IMG/VR virus record: IMGVR_UViG_2919367315_000003
Span: 30,134-94,133 of that record
Direction: 5' to 3' (one strand)
DNA from: a virus
Taxonomy: Duplodnaviria; Heunggongvirae; Uroviricota; Caudoviricetes
DNA: 64,000 nucleotides
Shown here: piece after piece, positions 1 to 9,208 of the stretch
Layout of the letters: every line of letters begins with the position of its first letter
How positions within the stretch are numbered: the first letter of the stretch is position 1
Notes under the pieces: generated by a model
Database searches by the model: none
Seen by the model: only the letters and a program-made list of their open reading frames with translations
Told to the model about the DNA's origin: nothing
Program-made: the position numbers and the translations under genes

Positions 1-1003
1 TTCCTAGTGGAGACTTAAAATCGCCAATATTACGTATGCTTTTTAATTTATTTTCTAATTCGGTTAAACTATTTTGAGCTTGAGCGTTTCCACTAAATTT
101 ACTTCTGGCATCATTAATCTTCTGTTGAGTATTTGCCACAGACTGAGCATATTGCTGATCTCTTTTAGTATTTTGCTGTAATGCTAAAGCATGTTGTTTT
201 TCCTGTGCAATCTGTCGTTCACTGTTACTCTTAAGAGCTTGATAGTGAGCACGATCCAGTGACTCAGCAGCCTTCAATGATTGCTCTTGGCTACGTCTGT
301 CGATTTCTCTATTTCTTTGTAACGCTTGATAATGCAGTTTATCCATAGCTTCTATACGTTGCTTATTGGATTTCAACGCATCGTAATGCGCTCTATCCAT
401 AGTTTCAGCCGATTTAAGCGCTGCTTGTTGCTGTTTCAAAATCTCGTTGATCTCGCTATAATTCTTAATATTACCTTGCTGATCTAACTTTACGGATATC
501 TGCTGTCCAGAATCATTTTTATATGTATTAGTTGTGCTATTTGTTTCACCAAGTTTATTCTTGTTAGCTCTTGTTTTCGCTAAGGTATAGCCTTCTAGTT
601 CTTTTTCTAATTGCTTAAGTGTACGAATCTGATCTTGTAGAGACTTGGATTCTGCATTTACTGCATTTTTATTAGCATCATGAACCGTTTTAGTCTTTTC
701 GATTACTTCGCCATTTTTTAATACTTGTTGAGTAACCTGTTTTACTGTGCCGTCTAAATTCTTATACACATCTTGTGTTTCTTTTACAACTCTATTTTGC
801 TGTTCCAGGGATACATTTAATTTTTTCGTAGCATCAATAAATCCCTGAATTGACTTCACGAAACTTTGATCAACATTGATTTTTAGATCAAGCTTCTGAA
901 GAGAAGGATGCTTAGATAAAATTTTGAGGCTTTCATTCACGCTTTTTATACTGGCTCCCATGTTGAGACCAGCAGTAATCAATATCTTTAAAGAATCATT
1001 CAT
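1..1003 (-). CDS. Tail tape measure protein, N-terminal part (SPbeta YomI-like); runs off the window start
   Basis: Translated by hand: ATG at 1003 after RBS AAGGAAGTG; MNDSLKILITAGLNMGAS...NLDGTVKQVTQQVLKNGEVIEKTK resembles the YomI N-terminus; helical, Q/K-rich; lies downstream of the tail genes; frame is open at the window edge. Confidence 0.8.
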   Translation of the reverse strand, partial: MNDSLKILITAGLNMGASIKSVNESLKILSKHPSLQKLDLKINVDQSFVKSIQGFIDATKKLNVSLEQQNRVVKETQDVYKNLDGTVKQVTQQVLKNGEVIEKTKTVHDANKNAVNAESKSLQDQIRTLKQLEKELEGYTLAKTRANKNKLGETNSTTNTYKNDSGQQISVKLDQQGNIKNYSEINEILKQQQAALKSAETMDRAHYDALKSNKQRIEAMDKLHYQALQRNREIDRRSQEQSLKAAESLDRAHYQALKSNSERQIAQEKQHALALQQNTKRDQQYAQSVANTQQKINDARSKFSGNAQAQNSLTELENKLKSIRNIGDFKSPLG

Positions 1004-1032
1004 TTAATCACTTCCTTTTAAAAAAAACAAAT

Positions 1033-1060
1033 AAAGAAGTGATCGTTTGATCGCTTCTTT
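1033..1060 (-). terminator. Intrinsic terminator between the HNH gene and the tape measure gene
   Basis: AAAGAAGCGATC-aaac-GATCACTTCTTT followed by ATTTGTTTTTTTT on the minus strand. Confidence 0.65.
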
Positions 1061-2291
1061 ATAGTAAGTTGAAATTTGGATTTTCCGAAAGTATATTTTT
1101 CATATATTCTTCCCATTGTTCTTTCGTATTAAATTCACGCCCATATAAACTGTGAAAATCACTATGACACAATTCGCACAAAGTAATTCCATTATTTATA
1201 TCCGTTCTTTTATCTTTGCACCAATGGTAGCCATCGAGATGGTGTGCATTCAACCTCTGACTTCCTCTTTTCCAACAACATTGACATGTATAATTATCTC
1301 TTTCATAAACTAATTTAGTCCATTCACGATACTCTAAATAATTCCGTCTTTTGATCCTATAATTTCGATCCAAAAAAGGATTCCAACTGTGATGCTTATC
1401 TCCAGAATAATTCCTTCTCTTTTCTATCCACTTTTTATACCTACATTCTTTACACCCGCTATTGTCTTTAAAATTATTCAATGTATTTTTATCGATTTTC
1501 CCACAACTACAAAGAAACGTTAAAATTTGTTTGTTTGAATTTCTATAATCTTTTGTAAGCAGAAAACAATTATTATCTAAAAAAATTTTCCTTACTTGTT
1601 TATATGACAATCTCCTTGAATATCCTACTTTTTCAGAAGCACATTTTTTACACCGATGACCATTTTGAAAAGAGTTAAACGATATTTTGGAAATGTTTTT
1701 ACATTCGCATTTAAACTCTAATTTATCTGTGTTTCCTCTATATTCAGTAGAAAGTAATTCACATCCATTTTCTTTGAAAAAATTATAGACATATTCGTAT
1801 GAATGAAGTCTAGTTTTTCTTCTATCATTCATACAACCCCTACATCTATTTCCGTTTTGAAAAGATGAGAAACTTATCTTTGATTTCCTACCACATAAAC
1901 AGATGTATTCTAGTGGACTAGATGCATTGCTATAGTTTTCACTTAATAAAGTGCAAGCATTATTTGAGAAAAAGTTTTTTACAAATTCAAATGAATGTGA
2001 GCGTAGATAAGCTCCTTTTTTTACCGAACAGTTTCGACATGTATCGTAATTACTATCAAAACCTTTGTTGTTTAAACGATTTTCATATAGATAGTTGAAT
2101 TTAATATTAAATAAATTACCACATATATCACATTTGTATCTGACCAACACTAAAGAACCTTTAGTCAGATGTTCTGGGGGAACTGAAAATTCATGACCTT
2201 TTCCAGTGAAGTCATACCCTTTACTTTCATACCATTTTCTATTTCTAGTACCCCATTTTGCAATATATTTATCGTGTTCAATAAATGACAT
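1059..2291 (-). CDS. HNH homing endonuclease with repeated Zn-ribbon units
   Basis: C-terminal RDNYTCQCC...LNAHHL...NGITLCELCHSDFH HNH motif; three S(Y/F)..V..FF..N.C.LL...Y.N....L.(Y/F).C.C repeats. Confidence 0.85.
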   Translation of the reverse strand: MSFIEHDKYIAKWGTRNRKWYESKGYDFTGKGHEFSVPPEHLTKGSLVLVRYKCDICGNLFNIKFNYLYENRLNNKGFDSNYDTCRNCSVKKGAYLRSHSFEFVKNFFSNNACTLLSENYSNASSPLEYICLCGRKSKISFSSFQNGNRCRGCMNDRRKTRLHSYEYVYNFFKENGCELLSTEYRGNTDKLEFKCECKNISKISFNSFQNGHRCKKCASEKVGYSRRLSYKQVRKIFLDNNCFLLTKDYRNSNKQILTFLCSCGKIDKNTLNNFKDNSGCKECRYKKWIEKRRNYSGDKHHSWNPFLDRNYRIKRRNYLEYREWTKLVYERDNYTCQCCWKRGSQRLNAHHLDGYHWCKDKRTDINNGITLCELCHSDFHSLYGREFNTKEQWEEYMKNILSENPNFNLL

Positions 2292-2328
2292 TTAATCTCT
2301 CCTTACAAATATCAATAAGAATCAAAAT

Positions 2329-2354
2329 AATCTGCACCTAGTAAGATGCAGACT
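2329..2354 (-). terminator. Hairpin / probable terminator upstream of the HNH gene
   Basis: AGTCTGCA-tcttactagg-TGCAGATT followed by ATTTTG. Confidence 0.5.
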
Positions 2355-2363
2355 TTTTAATTC

Positions 2364-2786
2364 TTATTCCTCATCTTTATATTCAATTTGTTCTACAACT
2401 TCACAAAAACGGTCATACCAATCAGCAGCAATACCTTCAAACTCGGTGGGGCCACGATTAATTACGGATTCTTTGATAGACAGAAGCATCGCTTTTCTTT
2501 CGTTTGTTTCATCAATAACAATTTGTTCTTTGTGCAAGTTTTGTATCTCCGACAGACGCTTATGATTATTTTCAAACGTATATTTTTCATCTTCTACAAC
2601 AGGGTTACCGTCAGAATCTTTAATGACATAATCCATGTTTATATCATTTGTATCTTTCAGAAATTCATCGTAGTGTTCTAGAAGGAGCTTCTTAAACTTT
2701 GCTTTATGTCTACTGTCAGTTCTATCTGTCTTTAAGGTATCGAGATATGCAATGAAGTTCTCAAGTTCAAATTTGTATAGTTTCAT
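2364..2786 (-). CDS. Phage protein, DUF1617-like
   Basis: SR.K.KF.KLL...KDSDGNPVVED pattern recalled from DUF1617 phage proteins; RBS AAGGGAG. Confidence 0.45.
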   Translation of the reverse strand: MKLYKFELENFIAYLDTLKTDRTDSRHKAKFKKLLLEHYDEFLKDTNDINMDYVIKDSDGNPVVEDEKYTFENNHKRLSEIQNLHKEQIVIDETNERKAMLLSIKESVINRGPTEFEGIAADWYDRFCEVVEQIEYKDEE

Positions 2787-2820
2787 TTTGACTCCCTTAA
2801 CATTAAGATATGTAATTGTG

Positions 2821-2838
2821 ATAAAAGGATAGTTTTAC
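2821..2838. repeat. RTAAAA-N6-TTTTAY spaced inverted repeat directly downstream of the tyrosine recombinase gene
   Basis: ATAAAA-ggatag-TTTTAC; same motif as at the junctions of the 41.8-58 kb array. Confidence 0.6.
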
Positions 2839-2851
2839 TAGGTATAGTTAA

Positions 2852-3853
2852 TTAAAAAATCTGATTCTTCTCATCTTCGAAATCGCGTAAATCATAAATA
2901 GATGTAGTGGAAATATCATTGTGATGTGCAACGAACTTCGAAACTATCTTAATATCCTTACCACTTTCTAAAAGATAGGTGATACATGAATTTTTGAAAA
3001 TATGTACATTAACTCTACGCTCCAAAATATCAGAGAGAGTATTTGAACAAAAATCATCTGCCCAAGCAGGAGACATAGCCTTTATCTCATTACCATATTT
3101 AGTGGTAAAGATATATTCACTTTCATAGCCACGAGAATCTACCCATTTTTTCAAATGAGGAACAACATCTAATGGGATCATATATTGAATCGGCTTCCCG
3201 TCTATCGATTTACCTTTTCCTCTTACGTTATGAGTCATAATATAATTCTTGTCTTGTTGAACTTCATAATCTAAAATTTCAGTTTTAAACTGAATAATTT
3301 CGGAGCGTCTTGCACCAACTCTAAAAGCTGTAGCCAGCCAAGCCATTCCAAGCCAGTTTTCATCTTCTTCTAAGACGTTCATCATCATGTCGTATTCATC
3401 TTTTGTAACTTTTACTTTTTCATAGACACGGTTTTTAGAGATAGCAGGGAGACCACGAGTAAAATTTCGGAAACTTTTGTAGTTTTCGTCCTCTTCTGCA
3501 ATGATGTTTTCAATGTGATTACAGAAACTTGAGATAACTGATTTTCTAAAACTTATTGCAGAGGAAGACATCTTTCTGTTATCACGGATATAGCTTAAAT
3601 ACCGCAAGAAATCTCTTTTTGTGATTTTATAGAAGAGTTTATTATTCATTGAAGTAACCATGTACCAACCGAACTGCCTAATTACACTTGTGTACTGCTT
3701 GCGCGATTGGGGGGAGAGGTCTTGTACTGAGACAAATTCCTCAGCATTAAACCTGTAGTCCTCATTGACTTGTTGCCACATTTCATCTGTTACTTCGGGC
3801 TGCTTTTTTGCAGGTTCACGTAATGTATTCTTTTTGATTTCTTTTCTTGCCAT
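2852..3853 (-). CDS. Tyrosine recombinase/integrase family protein (SPbeta YomM-like)
   Basis: SAM-like N-terminal domain; catalytic motifs GARRSE, GKG, HIFK (HxxK), HHNDISTTSIY. Confidence 0.85.
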   Translation of the reverse strand: MARKEIKKNTLREPAKKQPEVTDEMWQQVNEDYRFNAEEFVSVQDLSPQSRKQYTSVIRQFGWYMVTSMNNKLFYKITKRDFLRYLSYIRDNRKMSSSAISFRKSVISSFCNHIENIIAEEDENYKSFRNFTRGLPAISKNRVYEKVKVTKDEYDMMMNVLEEDENWLGMAWLATAFRVGARRSEIIQFKTEILDYEVQQDKNYIMTHNVRGKGKSIDGKPIQYMIPLDVVPHLKKWVDSRGYESEYIFTTKYGNEIKAMSPAWADDFCSNTLSDILERRVNVHIFKNSCITYLLESGKDIKIVSKFVAHHNDISTTSIYDLRDFEDEKNQIF

Positions 3854-3962
3854 TCACATCAAATCCTTATGTATTATTAATGAGTATTTAAGTGAACTCA
3901 TCACGGTATCTTGCAATCATATAAACACACTCCCTATGTTTGTATAAAATAGCTCTTTGACT

Positions 3963-4406
3963 TTATTTCTGTACGTCCAATCCTTTTTTACGTAACCCCC
4001 TATATAAAGCAGCTTCGACTAAGCCGCTATTCTCCAATTCCTCTCTAGTTGCTTCGGTGAATGGCCTTGCTACTCCAGCGTAGGGGAACGAATACTGGTA
4101 TCCTTCGCCTGTCTCCACAATTTCAGATACATTTCTGCCATCATCCATGCGTTTACTCTCAACAGAGACCGTATCCTTACCAACCATTTTTATTTCTATA
4201 TTTTCATCGTCAATCAATCCACCATGTTCTCTTTGACGCTGATAAGTAGAAGGGTGGGGGTAAACTGAATAAACTTCTTCTTCAATCTTTTCCTTCATTG
4301 TCTCTCGAACAGTTTTACTTACATCGACCTCTAGTGTCTCAGAAATCTGTTCGTTCAGATGTTTCATCAGATCTGTCAGATTGTTAAAATCCATTATTAT
4401 CACCAT
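3963..4406 (-). CDS. HK97 gp10-like tail/neck component
   Basis: 147 aa, ...ETGEGY...ARPF motif, position in tail module. Confidence 0.5.
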   Translation of the reverse strand: MVIIMDFNNLTDLMKHLNEQISETLEVDVSKTVRETMKEKIEEEVYSVYPHPSTYQRQREHGGLIDDENIEIKMVGKDTVSVESKRMDDGRNVSEIVETGEGYQYSFPYAGVARPFTEATREELENSGLVEAALYRGLRKKGLDVQK

Positions 4407-4878
4407 CCTGATTTAAAGCATTGGCTAACATAATTTCTCCTACGGTTGCTTTAGCACTTTTCGCGGCTTCCTTAATTTTATCTACAATTTTCTGGTATTC
4501 ACCTTCAGGAAACTTACTCAAAAGTGCCTCTGTGATACCTTTATCTGCAAGCAATTCAGATAGACCAATGATTTCTTTCAGTGTCGCTTTTTTTGGAACG
4601 GGAATATTGGTGAACTCTCTAAAAGCCAAAACAGGAACTAGTTTCAATGTGCCCTTAATCAATTCATTATCCAATTGATCACTCTTTGATGTTTCACGTA
4701 GTTCTTGAAGGTATCCAATATAAGACATAGCAACGTTCTCAATTAGAGAGTCGCGAAATTCAACGCTTACAGCAACTTCGTATTCTTCTCCATCATTAGT
4801 TTTGATGTACTCATTTTTCTTTTTATTTAGACTTGATTTCAGTTTACCAAGCTCTGAAGCAGTAAGTTTCTTAGCCAT
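4384..4878 (-). CDS. Probable tail assembly chaperone
   Basis: Helical 164-aa protein between tail-tube and tape-measure genes; assignment is positional. Confidence 0.4.
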   Translation of the reverse strand: MAKKLTASELGKLKSSLNKKKNEYIKTNDGEEYEVAVSVEFRDSLIENVAMSYIGYLQELRETSKSDQLDNELIKGTLKLVPVLAFREFTNIPVPKKATLKEIIGLSELLADKGITEALLSKFPEGEYQKIVDKIKEAAKSAKATVGEIMLANALNQDGDNNGF

Positions 4879-4891
4879 CTAATTCGCTCCC

Positions 4892-5875
4892 TTAACGACA
4901 ATAATAAGCATTAACTACTTGCGATGCTCTTATGTCGTAATTGTGATATTTATAAACAAATCTTTGTGCTTTTTTTGCTTTGATTTTTCGCTGTCTATCT
5001 GTCATATTAAGAACTTCGTTGACCATTTGAATCATTTCGTCAGTCGTTTTAGGAAGATAGACTAAATCATGAAATAGATATTCCTGAGCTTTAGTCCACG
5101 GGGACACAAATATCCCTCCACCTATGGCTACTGCCTCAAAGGGTCTCATTGAAGTTTGTGTAATAGAATGATCATCTAAATTTTGACCGATGACAATTTT
5201 AGATGAAGAGTAGAGTAGGGGGAGATCTTCATATGCTTTGTACCCCTTATATACATGCGGGTGACTAACTAAATTTATCTCACGGTTTCGATCCATCCAC
5301 CAGTCATTACCGTAGACAGACATATCAAATCCTTGTTCGATTAAAGGAACAATAAAATCTTTTGTTTGTTTAGATCTTCGTTCGTAGTTATTAGCTACTA
5401 GTGAAATATCATAACTTATCTCAGTAGATACTGTCTTGTGGAAAGAGGGATTACACCCAAATAGCATTAACTCTGCCTTTTTACCTTTGTTCCAGTAATT
5501 TGGTAAACATTCGGCGGTGGTGGTAAAGATATGGTCAGCATAGTTTGACCAGTAGTCGCCTATCCAGTGGTCATGAGGAGTATCTTCGATTGCCCAATAA
5601 GCATGGAAAATGCCTTTTTCTTTAGTGTGCTCAAATATATCTTCAGCAAAGTTCGCGAAGCATTCCGAAAAAACAATGTCGGGTTTATAATTTTCAACTG
5701 CCTCTTTGAATAACTCACTCTGGATTTCCTTAGACTTATCCCACAGTTGGTACCTACCATCCATAATATAAGTGTCACATCCAAGGTTTTTAAAGCCTGA
5801 AGCAATACCATACTTGATTAACGCTGCATTATTTGTAAAAAGCACTTTCAATTTTTTAGTCAAGTATAACACCAC
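4892..5875 (-). CDS. CgeB-family (GT-B) glycosyltransferase
   Basis: YWAIEDTP, DHIFTT, LMLFGCNPSFH, YDISLVAN, MRPFEAVAIGG motifs typical of CgeB-like enzymes; TTG at 5863 is an alternative start. Confidence 0.8.
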   Translation of the reverse strand: MVLYLTKKLKVLFTNNAALIKYGIASGFKNLGCDTYIMDGRYQLWDKSKEIQSELFKEAVENYKPDIVFSECFANFAEDIFEHTKEKGIFHAYWAIEDTPHDHWIGDYWSNYADHIFTTTAECLPNYWNKGKKAELMLFGCNPSFHKTVSTEISYDISLVANNYERRSKQTKDFIVPLIEQGFDMSVYGNDWWMDRNREINLVSHPHVYKGYKAYEDLPLLYSSSKIVIGQNLDDHSITQTSMRPFEAVAIGGGIFVSPWTKAQEYLFHDLVYLPKTTDEMIQMVNEVLNMTDRQRKIKAKKAQRFVYKYHNYDIRASQVVNAYYCR

Positions 5876-6860
5876 TCTTTAAACAGTAATCATTAATGGC
5901 TTTAAGTATCTGTTCAGAACGTTTCTCCCATGTATTTTCTTTAGCGTGTTTAAGGCATATATCCTTATAGGTGTCCATTTTTCCAAGTTCGATTGCTTTG
6001 TCGACTTGGGCTAAAAATTCATCGTCATTATCAGCAACTAGAACAGCTTCATCATAAATCTCTGTTTCCATCCATTTGGTAGCTACAGTGATTTTACCCG
6101 CAGCCATATGTTCGAACATTTTAATAGCACATGCTGCTTGTGTAATTTCCAATTTAGTATTGAAGGGAAGGAGACATACATCAGCATGAGCATAATAGTT
6201 GTAAAGGTCGTCATGATCCTTGGTTCCCAATTTAATGACATTTGATGGACATTCCTTGCCAAACTCTTGTCCCACAAGCACAGTAGTATATTTCTCTGCA
6301 ACTTTACGAATCAGACGAGTATCCACCCAAGAGCCAATAGCACCTGAAAAGAGGGCAATTGGGCCATTTAATGTTTTATATTCTTCAGGAATTTGTGAGG
6401 GTTTATTTATATATGATTCTGGACAAGCATTTCTGACTAAATATGTACTTTCACTGCTTTTGCCTCTAAGGTCATACAGAAACTGACTAGACGTTAACAC
6501 AATGTCGGCTTTCTTAATGGCATCATCTTCATATTCATACCAATCACTAAAACTATCAACCGAATCATAGATATTAATCTTTGCTTTTATATCTTCGACA
6601 TATTGAGCTGATTTTGCCCAAGTGTAATAAAATATATCTACTTTGATGCTTCTATGCTTAATTAATTTAAGTACTTCTTCGAAATTGTGATATACGAATA
6701 GATTGGTTTCAACTTCTTCAGGTGGCTTGTCTGATTGAGTGTTATTACAGAAAACCACTGTCCAACCTCTTCTGGCAAACTGTTTTACGATTTGCTGAGG
6801 TCGTTGAGTGAGGAAATCCCAGTTAAGGGTGGGTGGATAAAGTATTATTTTTTGTTTCAT
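5856..6860 (-). CDS. GT-B (GT4/TuaH-like) glycosyltransferase
   Basis: WDFLTQRPQQIVKQFARRG, YDSVD, LVRNAC, FSGAIGSWVD, ADVCLLPF, IKMFEHMAAGK. Confidence 0.85.
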   Translation of the reverse strand: MKQKIILYPPTLNWDFLTQRPQQIVKQFARRGWTVVFCNNTQSDKPPEEVETNLFVYHNFEEVLKLIKHRSIKVDIFYYTWAKSAQYVEDIKAKINIYDSVDSFSDWYEYEDDAIKKADIVLTSSQFLYDLRGKSSESTYLVRNACPESYINKPSQIPEEYKTLNGPIALFSGAIGSWVDTRLIRKVAEKYTTVLVGQEFGKECPSNVIKLGTKDHDDLYNYYAHADVCLLPFNTKLEITQAACAIKMFEHMAAGKITVATKWMETEIYDEAVLVADNDDEFLAQVDKAIELGKMDTYKDICLKHAKENTWEKRSEQILKAINDYCLKSGVILD

Positions 6861-7605
6861 TTAAGAACTCCCTTAAATATTCTGGACTCATAATATGATT
6901 CGAAAACACACTTAAATCACAAAAAAGCTCAAATCCTTTGTCCTGAGCCATTTTACAAAAGTATGCATCCTCGCCTTGTGGATGAAATCCGTATTTTACT
7001 GACTTGTAGACTTTACGACTTAGCAAAATTACTGCTCCCGTTAAATCAACTTCCATAAGAGTAGGGGAGGAGAGGAGGAGGGCATTTTTCACCTGATTGT
7101 TTACAATATGTTCAAAGTAGCCTTTACTATTGAGCTTCATGATGTTTGGATATAGATATGGCTTCTCAGGACGAACAACATATCCGTTCCATATCAACCC
7201 CGACACGATATCTTTATTATGTTTGAGTAGATTATTAATGATATCAGGCTGCACAAGGATATCTGTGTCTACAAACATCAGATAATCAGTTTTAACTTTT
7301 GACATGATATAATTCCGTAATTTACTCAAATGAGTATATATGAAGTTGTTTCTAATGTTTAAGTCTCTTTTATCTACAGGAGCGTTTCGATTGTATATTT
7401 CAATTCTAATATTTCTATATATATGCCCATATATCTTTTTAAAGTTGTACAGTATTTCTAAAGAAGCATCATTTGAATCATTGATTACAAATATAAATTC
7501 AATCAAGTTAGTAGGATAATTCAAATTCAATAAGCTTTTTAAATATTCATCTAATATCCACTCACGATTACGAACAGGCGTTGCAATGGTAACAGTTTGG
7601 TTCAT
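6823..7605 (-). CDS. GT-A (GT2) glycosyltransferase
   Basis: IATPVRNRE, INDSND, LRN, DxD motif MFVDTDIL, GEDAYFC. Confidence 0.85.
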   Translation of the reverse strand: MNQTVTIATPVRNREWILDEYLKSLLNLNYPTNLIEFIFVINDSNDASLEILYNFKKIYGHIYRNIRIEIYNRNAPVDKRDLNIRNNFIYTHLSKLRNYIMSKVKTDYLMFVDTDILVQPDIINNLLKHNKDIVSGLIWNGYVVRPEKPYLYPNIMKLNSKGYFEHIVNNQVKNALLLSSPTLMEVDLTGAVILLSRKVYKSVKYGFHPQGEDAYFCKMAQDKGFELFCDLSVFSNHIMSPEYLREFLNETKNNTLSTHP

Positions 7606-7627
7606 ATAATCTCCCTTGTAAAATTAA

Positions 7628-7653
7628 AGAGCCGAAGGATAACCCACGGCTCT
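7628..7653 (-). terminator. Terminator-like hairpin after the major tail gene
   Basis: AGAGCCG-N12-CGGCTCT followed by TTAATTTT. Confidence 0.55.
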
Positions 7654-7671
7654 TACTGTTTAGACATTTAT

Positions 7672-8448
7672 TTATTTTTCGTAGATAATTTCTTCTTTCA
7701 TTACTTCTACTCCATTAACTGTTACAGGGAACAAGTCAAACGTCAAACTAAGGGAGCTTGGGTCGCCAGAAGGAGAGTAGTTAACTGTGTAGTTCGCTTG
7801 AAGTTTAGCCTTACGGTAAATTTGCTGAGAACCGACCATCTTACCAGCTTTCTCATCGGCATACAAAGTGTCTCCTGCAAGAAATACATAGCCCGGGAAT
7901 CCTTTGGTCGTATACGAAAGTTTTGCTGCATTTGGGGTATTGAATTGATAGTAAACTTCAACATCGTTACCGACTTCAATAGTTGCTGTAGCATCTAGTG
8001 TTACTACATTATCAGTAATATCTTTGATGGGTTGTGCATCAGCCATGATACCGTTTATGTATGCAAATACCTTCACATTAGTCTTATCGCCAATTGGTGC
8101 TTTGTCTAGAGTAATTTGTTTTGCTCCAGAAGTATCCTTCATGACAGTCAAAATTTGAGACTTATAAAGATCTTGCGCGCCTTTTTCAATAGGTTCTCCA
8201 GCAAGCATAGCAAGATGTTGTAAGGTAAAAATTTGAGTCTCTACTTTAAGTGTTGAATCTTTATCTCCAGACCATGCAATCCGTTTGGGATTACCATCAC
8301 CGCCTCTAGCAAACACCGTCTCAGATGTCCATTCGTTACTGGTGGTTGTGGCATAGTCGAAAGTCATAAGTGGAGTACTTGTTACAAAATCAAAAATTTG
8401 AAGATTGAGATTATTTCGGGAGCCGTAGCGTCCTAGTTGTATTGCCAT
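7672..8448 (-). CDS. Major tail tube protein (YomU-like)
   Basis: ARGGDGNPKRIAW...TLKVETQIFTLQHLAMLAGE pattern like the SPbeta tail tube; T/S-rich; followed by a terminator, as expected for an abundant structural gene. Confidence 0.7.
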   Translation of the reverse strand: MAIQLGRYGSRNNLNLQIFDFVTSTPLMTFDYATTTSNEWTSETVFARGGDGNPKRIAWSGDKDSTLKVETQIFTLQHLAMLAGEPIEKGAQDLYKSQILTVMKDTSGAKQITLDKAPIGDKTNVKVFAYINGIMADAQPIKDITDNVVTLDATATIEVGNDVEVYYQFNTPNAAKLSYTTKGFPGYVFLAGDTLYADEKAGKMVGSQQIYRKAKLQANYTVNYSPSGDPSSLSLTFDLFPVTVNGVEVMKEEIIYEK

Positions 8449-8473
8449 AAAGGATAGTTCCTCCTAATTTATA

Positions 8474-9199
8474 CTATAATTTTGTTTTCTCCATCCACTC
8501 AGGGATAGAGTTGTCTTCAGGTAAGGTTTTTTCGTTAGACCATACTGGTAAGAGTCTGTTGTAATTTTCTTTCTTATTCACTCTTTCAAAATGCTCATAA
8601 ATTTGATACACAGTGAGTGACCCAACATTAAAAATATTGATTCCATTTCCTTCGAAATTGCAGAGTATGGATAAAATATCTTTGAATTCTAGCTGATTTT
8701 CCGAGTTATTGTTTTTTATTTGAGCTTCATACATTTGCATTTTTTTATAAAACTCTTCTGCCGTACTATTTGCTGCCTCTATTTTTTCTTGAGAATCGGA
8801 AGATACATTTAATTCTTTTATAATTAAATCAACTTCTCTATAATTGTTTTTATTTATAAATTCTTTCCCATCCAAAAGAAAACAAGATGTTTCAATATTG
8901 AAACTTACGTGACCTTTAACAAAAAAGGAGAGAGCTTTACATATTTCATTTCTAATAGACGGAACTTCGATTAGTACATCATAATCAGACTCATTCTTTA
9001 TTTTCGAAAAACTGTCATTATCTAACCCAAATAACCCCACTAAAATTTTCTCTTTATCAAACCCCACCAAAGCTAGATTAACTAAATAATTCAAATATCC
9101 AATTTCACCGATTTCATCAACTGTGGGAGAGTATATACGTATACTTTCTTTTATTTGATGGGGCAAGCCCAGAAATGCTTGTAGGCGATCAATAACCAA
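8474..9199 (-). CDS. Virion/tail-associated protein (YomV-like)
   Basis: Synteny; NIFNVGSLTVYQIYEHFER C-terminal motif. Confidence 0.45.
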   Translation of the reverse strand: MVIDRLQAFLGLPHQIKESIRIYSPTVDEIGEIGYLNYLVNLALVGFDKEKILVGLFGLDNDSFSKIKNESDYDVLIEVPSIRNEICKALSFFVKGHVSFNIETSCFLLDGKEFINKNNYREVDLIIKELNVSSDSQEKIEAANSTAEEFYKKMQMYEAQIKNNNSENQLEFKDILSILCNFEGNGINIFNVGSLTVYQIYEHFERVNKKENYNRLLPVWSNEKTLPEDNSIPEWMEKTKL

Positions 9200-9208
9200 A
9201 TAACCACC

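Noticed and set aside
3963-4878. Programmed -1 frameshift (G/GT tail chaperone)
   Set aside because: The second ORF has its own RBS (AGGATGGTG) and looks like a gp10-type protein. No convincing slippery site lies near the end of the first ORF.
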